Shown: positions 1 to 10,738 of the stretch, piece by piece | Numbering within the stretch: the first letter of the stretch is position 1 | Layout of the letters: every line of letters begins with the position of its first letter | Source: Octopus bimaculoides | Lineage: Eukaryota | Assembly (NCBI RefSeq): GCF_001194135.2 | Contig: NC_068993.1 | Location: 3,918,894 to 3,982,893, forward strand | DNA length: 64,000 bases | Direction: 5' to 3' | Translations under genes and position numbers: made by a program | The notes under the pieces: generated by a model | What the model was told of the DNA's origin: nothing | Database searches by the model: none | The model's input: only the letters and a program-made list of their open reading frames with translations

Positions 1-354
1 TGTGTGTGTGTGTGTGCATGTGTGTATGCTTGTGTGTATGTGTTTATAAGCGACGAAAGGAGTATCAATCTGCAGGGGCAGTAGAACTGCTATATCCCGT
101 GATTTCAGCTCGCATGCGCTTCATCAGTTGCAGGCATCCACGCATCACATGCCTGCCAAGTCCAACTGCCAACAATGTACACAGTAACGAGTGACTGTTC
201 AGTGTTTGTCGTCACAAATAGTAGGCAGACACTTGAAAACTATACATGAGCAAAAGAAGTATTATTTACATCGTATGACAATCTTTATATCCTTCTAAAT
301 ATATATAAATACATACATACACATACATACATATACATACATAGGAATACGAAA

Positions 355-675
355 GTATTCCTTTCCTGAGACGTTTTGATTTTGTAGGACAGACACATCT
401 ATTGATAGACAATTCCCTCTGCTGCAGTCCTTGATCACAATGTCTGATCGTTTGGTGTCAATTCTCTGTCTGTTTGTATTGGGAAGTTCGAAAGGATTGT
501 GACACCCTCACCATTTACTACATCCTCTGCACGGTGCCTGTTCCACCCATCATGGGCTTTAATATTGTAGTATTTACAACCATTCCAGTGAATGTACTTT
601 CCTAGTCTGCCATGTCTTATAAGGTAATCTTTTTCAGTGAGGACTGGGCAGCCAGAAACAACATGATCGATTATT
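355..675 (-). mobile_element. Decayed 3' fragment of an R4/Dong-like non-LTR retrotransposon (RLE clade), C-terminal zinc-knuckle/RHD/endonuclease region
   Basis: Minus-strand translation IDHVVSGCPVLTEKDYLIRHGRLGKYIHW...VVNGEGVTILSNFPIQTDRE, then after a frameshift DIVIKDCSRGNCLSIDVSV. This follows the recalled RLE-LINE motif order ET.DH.VSGC / RHD / ILWD..IQTD / PDIV / C..IDV. The 5' part of ORF 435-818 comes from the neighbouring HINE-like element. Confidence 0.85.
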
Positions 676-997
676 GCTATTGCCTCCGCCTTGGTGAAGG
701 CCGAGGTATTGTCTTCTGTCATGTTTGTTTGATTGTCCGTGGAAATATATCTCAAGAACCACTCGATGGATTTGAATGAAACGTTCAGGGATGTAGGGAT
801 GGATCCGGTACCGGACAAGGATTCTAGATTAATTTTCCTGATTTTTTTTTTTGTTGCTTAATATTTGAGAGCGGTTGGGTTCATTTTCAGTATTCTCCTT
901 TGTGAGAGCAGCCATGTTTATTTCAGATATTCTCATTTTAAGAATCATCTCTGGCTAATCGTTGAGAGGTGATTGGTGCTATCTGAGGGTTCTTGTT
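671..997 (+). mobile_element. Helentron-associated non-autonomous element (HINE/DINE-1-like)
   Basis: Starts TTATTG..CCTCCGCCTT-GGTG-AAGGCCGAGG (10-bp hairpin, 1 mismatch, 683-706). It continues with a short TTTG/TGTC repeat, the core ATATCTCAAGAACCACTCGATGGATTTGAATGAAAC, a GGATCCGG motif, and ends GTGCTATCTGAGGGTTCTTGTT. Both ends are at TT. Architecture matches HINEs as I recall them. Confidence 0.6.
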
Positions 998-1200
998 ATC
1001 ATCATCATCACCATCATCATCCTCATCATCATCATCATCCTCATCATCAGCAGCAGCAGCAGCATCACCACCACCACCAGCTGCAGCAGCAATNNNNNNN
1101 NNNGCAGCATCACCACCACCACCAGCTGCAGCAGCAATAGTAGTATAGCAGTAGTAGTAGTAGTTTTATCACAAGTATTATCATTATCATTCTTTTTTTA
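998..1200. repeat. Compound trinucleotide microsatellite (ATC/AGC/ACC/AGT) spanning a 10-N gap
   Basis: Direct reading of the sequence. Confidence 0.95.
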
Positions 1201-1721
1201 ATATCGTTATTATTATCGTCATCAGCCGCATCATTATTGTTATTAGAAAACCTTTCCGTGTTTATAATATATTCTATTCATGTGAAATCTCTTGTTAAAG
1301 AGTGAGTCTGTTGACAATTCTGTCTCAGGTTGAGTAAAGAATTATTCACCGAAAAATATTAATGTACTTGAAAGATGTACTTGTATAAAACAAAACAATA
1401 GGTACCAAAGCGAAAGGAATGAAAAACAAAAACAGTAATGGAAATGGTATTATCAGCATAGAAACAAACAGCTTGGAAAAAAAGTAGATTTCCAGGAATT
1501 TTTCGTTGAATGTATTTATTTTTTTATTCGTTTGCAGTGATATCCAGGAACATTATTTCTATCAGCTTTCACTGGAGAACACTGATCAGCAAACCATTTA
1601 TTTCCTAGACAATTAAATAATGCACCAACTAGAAAGTTCATAACAGTGTTAAGCTTTAATAAGGTATGCATCTATTTTTGTTGAAGCTTACGCTAAAAAT
1701 ACAAGCATACGCGTATTTCTA

Positions 1722-1800
1722 TGATGATGATGATGATGATGATGACGATGATGATGGTGGTGGTGGTAGTAGTAGTAGCAGCAGCAGCAGTAGTAGCAGA

Positions 1801-1859
<59 letters not shown>

Positions 1860-1860
1860 G
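1722..1860. repeat. Compound trinucleotide microsatellite (GAT)n(GGT)n(AGT)n(AGC)n(AGT)n
   Basis: Direct reading; explains the poly-D/G/S and poly-L ORFs here. Confidence 0.97.
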
Positions 1861-1894
1861 AACAAGTTCTGGAAATTAATTACCCCAAGCTCCA

Positions 1895-2400
1895 AACCGA
1901 TAAGAGTAGTGAGTTTCCCCTTTGCAGCAACCATTCTACTCTCACATATTGTGAGTGAGTGAGTGAAGCAAATTCGCTCAAAAAGAATGCAAAAGGAGGC
2001 ATGATAACATAGCTAAGTATGTTCATTGGAGATTGTATGAGAAGTACGGTACTGAAAGGACATCGAGGTGTTATGAGCATTCACCAGAACGTATGGCCGA
2101 GAATAACAACTACACACAATGTTATCAATATTATTACCAGATATCGTGCAGAAAAGATTGAGAAATACCAGCCACTGCGGGACGAGATAGGTAAGCTTGT
2201 GGGGCATGAGGAAAATAATGGTGATACCGGTAGTAACTGGAGCATTAGGAGCAGTTTCCAAGGGCTTTGAAAAAACATATACAGAATATTGGAACCACTG
2301 TCAGGCTGGAGGTGATCCAGAAGACAGCATTGTTGGGCACAGCTCTCGTTCTAAGGAGAGTATTGTCTCTTTGAGTCACAGGAGAAGGCACTACTTTAAA
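1895..2400 (+). mobile_element. Decayed 3' fragment of an R4/Dong-like RLE LINE
   Basis: Frameshifted translation DKSSEFPLC..SHIVSE..SKFAQKECKRRHDNIAKYVHWRLYEKYG..CYEHSPE..AEKIEKYQPLRDEI..WGMRKIMVIPVVTGALGAVSKG..LEVIQKTALLGTALVLRRVLSL*. It ends with the recalled family terminus LQK..LLGTA..LRRVL. Has internal deletions. Confidence 0.9.
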
Positions 2401-2483
2401 CCTTTCAAGTAAAGAATAACTTTTACCAAATAATTTAGGAAAATGAATGGGTTATTTCCCTTGGCTATATATAAGAATCCCTT

Positions 2484-2663
2484 CTAGCGGCCGTGTTATC
2501 GATTGTTTTCAACAAATCAGAGTATACCATGAGGTTTCCAGACATGAGTTCTACTCACGTGTCAAGTTTCATCAAAATCGATGAAACGATGTAGAAGTCA
2601 GTTAAAAACTCCACAAACAGAATTTCCCACATACGTATTATATATATATATATATATATATAT
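2484..2663 (-). mobile_element. Non-autonomous Helitron-like element running into an N gap
   Basis: Minus strand: (TA)n start, then ATAATACGTATGTGGGAAATTCTGTTTG..CATCGTTTCATCGATTTTGATGAAACTTGACACG, resembling the CCGATTTTGATGAAACTT core of non-autonomous Helitrons. Candidate 3' end is CGGCCG followed by CTAG (2484-2487). Confidence 0.5.
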
Positions 2664-3078
2664 NNNNNNNNNNNNNNNNNNNNNNNNNNNNNNNNNNNNN
2701 NNNNNNNNNNNNNNNNNNNNNNNNNNNNNNNNNNNNNNNNNNNNNNNNNNNNNNNNNNNNNNNNNNNNNNNNNNNNNNNNNNNNNNNNTATCAAGTTTCA
2801 TATGATGTTATCAAAAAACGCACAATCTTTCACTGAACGTATCATATCCATATCTAGAGACATATCGCGTTGGTCGTTCATTGCTGCTTACGTATTTCTC
2901 ATACTCCTTTCTCTCAATATCACATCCATTTTCTGAGTCTTGATTTCTTTACTACGCCTACCAGTGTAATATTTTTTTCGGAATATCTCATATGCATTTA
3001 TATTTATTCCACTATTTTTCACTTCTTAAAAATCACGTTATTACCATCACATTGGAAATATTATACTTATCGTTGTTA

Positions 3079-3080
<2 letters not shown>

Positions 3081-3140
<60 letters not shown>

Positions 3141-3157
3141 TTTTTTTTATTATTATT
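3081..3157. repeat. (ATT)n microsatellite
   Basis: Direct reading. Confidence 0.97.
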
Positions 3158-4270
3158 TGCTTCATGTCTCAGTTCTTCTTCCTTGTATCATTAAGCTATC
3201 AGTTACATTTGTTTCTTTTATATTTTATTTATCACTTTGACATGTTTGATTGATTTCGATACTTATTCCTTCGCTTTTCTGTTTCTTAAAATCGTGTACG
3301 CTTATGTGTACTGCTGCGAATGAGAAAGTGCGAAACATAATGTCTAAATTTCAGTGTCTGCTGAAAGATCTCACTAAAATCTTGGCATGGTAAAAGTAGA
3401 TACTTTCAAATCGAGCAGTTAATTTACAATTTTCACATTCAACCGTCACTAAATCTATAAATGGTTGAAATAATAACTGCTGATTTTTTTTCTTTTAAGA
3501 ACGCGAGATTTTCCTACTTTTTCGACGTCACACACTCACTGTAACAAATCACTTTCAGCTTTGCATAGAATTCTGGGACTTCTTTATGATTTGACATGAT
3601 ATAGACAATAAGATGCTTTCGTTTCAAAGAATTAAACATTCTAACATTAGCGCCTTTATTGTGATTCTTCCCCTTACACGCATACACACATACGCACACA
3701 CACATATATATACACACACCTCTCAGTGTTTAGTCAGTATATGATGCCTACTGCATTTGCAGACACTATTTTAGAAATGGTGACGATTATGACGCTAACA
3801 TTTAAATATTTTTTACTGAATTCAATGTGGAGATGAAGGAAAAATAAAGAATAAAGATGGTACTGAATATGTTATGTTTTTTTCTTTTCTTGTGATATTG
3901 GATTACTTGACTATTTATTAATGGTGGGGGACATCCTTATTACCAAAGACGTGCAAAAATTCACTAACACAGACTCTCACAAAGGAATCCATTATTATGC
4001 TTACTGATAGAACGTTCAATATTTCCTCAAAATATTTTCAACAACGATTCAATAATATAATTATTTGATTAATTAGTTTTCTTGTTGGGAGACAAATTAA
4101 TTAATATACTAATTAATTAATTAACGATTACGTTTATTATTATTCAATGAATGAAGAGAGTTGTTTTTCACAGAGGTCATCTCTTTAAATAGAACTGATT
4201 GCTTTCTGATATCAAGTTTCTGTTGTTTCTTCTTAGCAACATGGCTACAAATACTATTTTGTCAGTCTCA

Positions 4271-4550
4271 CTCTGCCGTGTAGGTAGGTGTAAATAGGTA
4301 TTCTGTTAATCAGACAGTACCGTGTGTATAGCACGAAATAGGTATTCAGTCTATCAGACAATATGGTTTAACTATAAACAAGTGTATATTCAGTACACTA
4401 GACAGTGCCGTGTAGATAATAATAAATATGTATTCGGTCAATGAAACAGTGCCGTGTAGATAACAATAAATATGTATTCGGTGAATGAAACAGTGCCGTG
4501 TAGAAGGCAATGAATGTGTTTTCAGTCAATGAGACAGTGCCGTGCAGATA
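4271..4550. repeat. 44-bp minisatellite, about 6.5 units
   Basis: Units start at 4271, 4315, 4359, 4403, 4447, 4491 and 4535 (exact 44-bp period). Consensus is about CAGTGCCGTGTAGATAAYAATAAATATGTATTCRGTCAATGARA. Confidence 0.92.
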
Positions 4551-5680
4551 GAAATAGATTTTCTCAGCATCGTATATATAAGAGTAAATGTGTATTGACA
4601 ACCAGATATTTTCGTTCTGATTCCTGTGTAAAGGAGTTGATAACGCAAGTAATAAACAGTCCAACCGTTTCTATAGCTGCAAAATTTTGTAATCAGACAT
4701 CCGTACATATTCTGCCATCACTTCGTAAAAGTACTGACATAAATAATAAAAATATAAGTTGCATACCAGCACAGGAACGCACAAACACTATACAAGGTCG
4801 GGCTGGTAGATTGTGACACAAAAGGATTCTTCATGAACCAGTTTGTAAGGTGTTTATAGGGCGGTGTAGGTTGTGTTCCTTTCTCAGGCTAGTATTAGTC
4901 AATGATGTTGGGGTGACACTGCCAATTGCCACCGTTGCGTTGAAAATGCTTTGTTGGAGAATGATCTCGTCACAAGCACGCCATCCCTTGTAAATGATGC
5001 CAAGTGGCATAACCAAGCCCTGAGTGTTCTTGCTAATATAATAAATCACCAAGACCTCTGCGACAAGTAATGAAAACACTCAAAGTTATACCATTTTTTT
5101 CAATACAAATATTAAAGCTAAATTGGAATTATTGAAGAACTTATGCAAATGTTACATCAAAGAAGTGTCGCCGACGCTGATTCGGCAATCACGTCTGTTT
5201 TCCTTTTTTTCCTTTTTTACTTTATCTTTTGATACCATATGCCAACGACTTCATTAGTTTGATCTCATTCAATCCATTAAAATATTGTTGCAATAAATTT
5301 AACACATACAAATGACTGAGAAGCCGACGGATTTAAAATACAGCCAAATCAATGGGCCTGCATCGATCTTTGCCTTCGTTCCGAGTACATAGCATTTAGA
5401 AGTAATCGATTTTATTTCTGTTATCATGTCTGTGTCTGTCAAGAGAATACGAGCACGAATGAGAATCGAACATAAAAGTAAGCTTTAAATAAAAATATCT
5501 ATAAATGTATATAATTTTTACAGCTCTGTTCCGATTGGTTTCTTTTGTTTATGACTAGATCAGTTACCCGGGCAAACATTTATGGTTCGGACAAAAAAGG
5601 CCTACCAGACACACTCGAATATACATTACATATATACATAAAACATATATATGTTTACACACACATACATATGTATTATG

Positions 5681-5731
<51 letters not shown>

Positions 5732-6279
5732 AATAATCATAGCGATAGAGAATATGGAGACTGCTACGTCCTCAAATTTTATCTCCTTTTATTTTACAAT
5801 GCCGTACAGCATAATTTTATGGTTACAAGGTCTTACACGTGTTTCCAGCGCACAGATCGTGGGCATTTGCATAAACTACCGGCCATACACTTCTGTGCAG
5901 CATTGTTCAGGGTCGTTCAACCAGCTTTCATCTGTGCAGTAGAAGAAAGTGTAGGTCGTCGTCGTAACCATAAATATGTTCTGTATGACATTTTAATATT
6001 ACCATGGAGTGAAGCGACCACAGAATTATCCATCGAAGGAATTCATAGCGTGAATGACAACTTCTTGTAGTGATAGACGTTAAATGCTAATCAATACGTT
6101 TGGCCGTAATCTGGAACATAGCTGAGAGTTACCACGGTATCTGCCAGGATAGTATATGCCTCTAAATTCACTTTACTATATGTGTATACACACATCCACC
6201 CACCCACACGTACATACATATGTACATACATACACACACTTAAACACAAACTAAGCTGGCGCTTGTCTTCTGGTCATGG

Positions 6280-6907
6280 TTCAAGAACTCTGCTGTGAAC
6301 TCATGCAGTTCTGATCAATACTGAGTTTTGTAGGTTTTCTATCTTCACATGTGTACCAATCTTTTCGATCCACGTTGGTAGTTGAGTGCCAATACTTCCT
6401 TCATTGCTTGCCCACATACTGCATATTTCCCACTTCAATTTATCATAGTTACTCACTTTTTGCTCTTCATTCTCTTCGATCCTGTTGTTATTAGATCAGG
6501 CTACATTAATTAACAAGCGCGTTTTACTTTTCTGTTCACCACAATACTGTCACGTTTCTGATGTCTAATCTCATGGCTACATTGATTCATTGCATTCCAG
6601 AGGATTTTGTAATTCTCATTCTCAGTAACTTCTTCGGGGATTTGGTCATACCATGTCTTTGATCTTTCTATGCCATAATTTCCATAACACTCCCAATGGA
6701 TCATTCTTGCCATGTTGTCATGTCAATTGTATTCCCTTTGTGCAATATCGGGCATTCACTAACAATATGCCACACTGTTTCACACCTCTCACCACACATT
6801 CTGCATTTGTCACTCCAACTCGTGTTATATCAATTCTGCGCTGCTTTTGACGTGCAAACCAAGTGCTGCTATTTCTATTTTCCGGTCCCTCTTTTGCATC
6901 CATGGAA
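6280..6907 (-). mobile_element. Decayed 3' fragment of an R4/Dong-like RLE LINE
   Basis: Minus translation across frames: WMQKRDRKIE..RIDNTSWSDKCRMCGERCETVWHIVSECP..HDNMARMIHWECYGNYGIERSKTWYDQIPEEVTENENYKILWN..HQKRDSIVVNRK..C..EEQKVSNYDKLKWEI..LQNSVLIRTA..RVLE. CxxC-H-C knuckle, an RHD-position motif and endonuclease motifs are in the expected order. Confidence 0.92.
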
Positions 6908-7151
6908 GCACACCAGCATCGGTTGCCAAAAGACGGTGGGGGGACAAACACAGACACACAAACATATACTTATATATATATACACACATATATACAACGG
7001 GCTTCTTTAAGTTTCCGTCTACCAAATCCACTCACAAGGCTTTGGTCAGCCCAAGGCTATAGTTGAAGACACTTGCCCAAGGTGTCACGCTGTGGGACTG
7101 AACCCGAAACCATGTGGTTGGTAAGCAAGCTACTTACCACAAAGCCACGCC
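6908..7151 (-). mobile_element. tRNA-derived SINE, family B (CORE-like), 3'-truncated
   Basis: Head GGCGTGGCTTTGTGGTAAG (A box) and GGGTTCAGTCCC (B box), CORE-like ACCTTGGGCAAGTGTCTT, an internal TA/TG repeat, then GTTTGTCCCCCACC..GCAACCGATGCTGGTGTG. Matches a recalled abundant Octopus SINE; I cannot assign the OK/OR1/OR2 name. Confidence 0.88.
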
Positions 7152-7275
7152 TGTATGTCACTTTTGTAACATATACATCAGCACATTTTTTGGCATATAT
7201 AAAAATACATTGCCCAATATATCTCTTACTAATTCAGAAAGAATGGAGATTTAGTTCCTATATTTAGCAAACTAT

Positions 7276-7506
7276 GTTCGCCAGGGCATTTGTTGCTTCT
7301 TAAGCAAGACACTTTATTTCACATGGCTCCAGTTCTCGCAGCTATCAAAAAGGTATTCTAATCCAAAAGGCCAGCCTTGAGCATCCTATATCACGCTGAA
7401 TTTCATCCAGAACCACGTTAAGGGTGCGTGTACCTGTGGAGTACTCGGCCACTTGCACGTTAATTTTACAGACAGGCTGTTCTGCTAATGGGACCAACTG
7501 GAACAC
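7276..7506 (+). mobile_element. SINE family C, body and 3' end
   Basis: AGCAAGACACTTTATTTCAC is shared with the 62.9-kb copy. It is followed by GGCCAGCCTTG..CACGCTGAAT..CGTTAAGGGT..CACTTGCACGTTAATTT..CAGGCTGTTC..AACTGGAAC, the recalled 3' part of that family. Confidence 0.8.
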
Positions 7507-8798
7507 TTGAGTGAGAGTTTTGTGGCCTCTGATTAAATTTGAATGTAGTGGTCTAAGCCATGATAAGTTCTGATTGAAGGGCCTGTAGAAATTGCGACCA
7601 TGTTGCAATATCTTTATACCATTCCTGAATATAACATTCGCTTTCCTGTATGTTGTAATGAGCAGGATAATTTGCAGCAGGCTTAGCATTTATACAGAAA
7701 ATAATTCGTTGACAATTGATTGATTGTTTTATATTGACGTTACATTCGTCGACAGATCATATACAAAAGAAACTACCCTCTTTGTTTCTCTTTATCACTC
7801 GGTCGTGCATTTTCTGTTATTCTTTTAGGGAAGTGGTTCGTATATGAGGTCGTGTGAGTTGTAAGAATATTTTGGTAATATATGATAGAAATATTTACAT
7901 TAGAATCATGAAAAAAATACACTTATTTTTCCGTATGGTTTGCTACATACGAAAAAAATTGTATTTACTCTCCTGAAATTATTTCTGAAAATTTAAAGGG
8001 ATACGAGAATCATTATTAAGAGAATGCATTTCTCTCTTTTTCTTCTGTGAGATGACAACGGTGCAAGAATGGGGAAAAGGATTTTTACAAAACTTATGTA
8101 AATATATTCCCTTATTCTTTATAACAATGAAGATATCTCTAAATTCATACACAGAAATCCATTCATAGGGAAAGAAACAAACAAATCCGAACGAATAGCT
8201 AACGTTCATTCATCACCTGGAAATGTTTAATATCAGTTCTAAGGCTGCATTTCGAGAAATAAATTATAGTTATCTGAAAGGATACTTGTGAAAATAATAT
8301 ATCAGGAAAATTATTACACTTAGAATATTTTATCTTCCGTGGTTTTAACTTTTTGTTTTATGATTTATTACACGTTATTTTGTTTACATCTGAAAGGCTT
8401 CTATAATTTCATATCTAATATCTCAGAGAAAAGTTTCGCTTCCTTTAATTTTTATATACGATATATTTTCTAATATGATATATAATTTTGTGTCAATAGA
8501 ATTTAGCTAGGTGAATTTTTAATTGGGAAATTTGCTAAAACAAATACTGTGATTACAATAGCCTGGCTACGTGTTCATTAAATTTTGAAAGAATATAATG
8601 AGATTTATCTTTTAGAATATTATCGAGAAATTAACTGGAAGTCACCATATTAATTATTACTGATGTTTTCAACGGCGATTAGAAATAAAGAATGGCAACT
8701 TACGTGTTGAAGTTATAATTGATTAGTACTTAGAGACCTTATGGAGCTGAGCTCAAATCAGGCAGACACGTAGGTTGGGTTTGTTTCATTACAAATAC

Positions 8799-8799
<1 letters not shown>

Positions 8800-8878
<79 letters not shown>
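8800..8878. repeat. (CA)n(TA)n microsatellite
   Basis: Direct reading. Confidence 0.97.
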
Positions 8879-8886
<8 letters not shown>

Positions 8887-9169
8887 CATATTTACAAACA
8901 TGTATACATACCCGCACATGCATATATATATACAAAAATATACAAAGATACACACACATGCAGCTAGCACAGACACGCAATTAACATAACTATACGAAAT
9001 GAAAAGGCAGTGTTGTCAGAGTGTTGGACAGGTTGCTTTGTTCCGTTCATCATAGCTTTGTACGCTATGTATTTATATCTCGCTAAGGAAAGCGTTGCTC
9101 TTCATCGGCTGGATATTGATGAATTTATTACTACTCTAGTACTGCTGTTGATTTTCACTCTATTGGAAA

Positions 9170-9306
9170 ACGACTTATTTTATCGACCGCAAAGGATTCA
9201 AGGCTAAGACGATTTCTTTGGAATTTGAATTTAGAGTGTAAGGCCGCAGGAAATAATAACTCCAATCATTTTATTCGACATCCCAGCGAGTCTGCCACTT
9301 CACCGT
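9170..9306 (-). mobile_element. Degenerate SINE family A
   Basis: ACTTATTTTATCGACCGCAAAGGAT..AAGGCTAAGACGAT..GGAATTTGAA..TCTGCCACTTCACCG is the diverged reverse complement of the 13.2-kb copies. Confidence 0.65.
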
Positions 9307-10693
9307 TCCCATAACTTTATGTCATAGACTGTAGTATCAGCAGCAAAGGAATATGATTTTATAGTACTATGTGATACACAGCGTTGCTGGCACTTTATAG
9401 CGTACCGGAGAGAAACGATATGAGAAACGTATGTATTATATCCCTTATATAGAGAACTGGTGAGACATACCACGAGTTAAGAGGATGATGTATTTATTAC
9501 CGGTGGCAGGTGGAAAGAGATACTGCAAGACTAATGAGTAAAATATTCTTTATGTGTGGAAAGCGAAGAGAAACGCTAAATGTACAATTTATTGAAAGTG
9601 AAAATTTATGTTGGAAAACGTAATCAAAATTCAAGAAAATAATCGGGCATGAAAGAAACCGGTTGTTTACATATTGATTATTGAATAAATGGACAATAAG
9701 CGATCATATAGGAAAAGATAATTAGCTGTCTCATATTAAACAAAATATTAATTGCGGAGAAATGCAATGAACCTGGATGAATTCGAAGACATAAAATATA
9801 TTTCTTGATGGAATTTTGTATCTCTTTCTTAAGATATTTAAGCTGTACGTAAGTTCCTTGGTTTGAAACTTATAGACATATTGCTTTGTCTATCATATTT
9901 CTCTTTCTTCAATCTGTCCTACAATATTGCATTGATGTTTTGGTGAGAATAGCGTAATAGATCTTCCTTGATATATATATATATTTGATCCAATCCATTA
10001 TGTGGTTTGTCTTCTCAAATGAACTACGTTACTTCATATACACCCTTAGGAAGACATTAACATAATATCTTTTAATTTCCTTTTCTTTTCAAATAAAATG
10101 TCATGTTATTCTGTGAAAAAAAAAAGAAGGGTGTATTAAAAAGAAATTTTCAAAAACACCTACTCCAGAGTGTACTGTATTTTTGACGTCATGATTCAAA
10201 TCATATTCCCCAAAAGGAAAACACATAACTAATACAAACACGAAATATAATACAAATAAGATGTAAGGGGAAAAATGTAAGAAAAAAGCAAATTATTTGA
10301 ACTACGAGTATTTTACAAATATATAGAACGGCTAAAGAAAAATCAAAGCAAAACACGAAGTTATAATTGCATATCAATACCGAAATTACTGTGTTCTGTT
10401 GTCAACACAGAATCGAGTATTTTTTCCATTCAAGTATCAACTCTCCTCCCTCCTCCATAAACAGCAGCGGTAGGCAAAATGGAACCAATACATACATACT
10501 TGTATACATATATATATATATATACATGCAGATATGTGCATATATATATTCATGTTCGTATGAGTATATATACATGTGTGTATATCTGTATTCATGTACG
10601 TATGTGTATACATATATGTATATATATGTATATACATATATGTATGTTAGTATATATGTATGTATATATACGCATATATATATACATATACTT

Positions 10694-10738
<45 letters not shown>

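Noticed and set aside
4271-4550. CRISPR-like array (conserved ~15-bp core with variable intervals)
   Set aside because: The intervals are homologous to each other, the period is a fixed 44 bp, there are no cas genes, and the context is eukaryotic. It is a minisatellite.
5651-6170. 139-aa ORF and a GC-richer block
   Set aside because: The ORF starts inside a TA repeat. All six frames gave no recognisable motif and no convincing splice-site pair.
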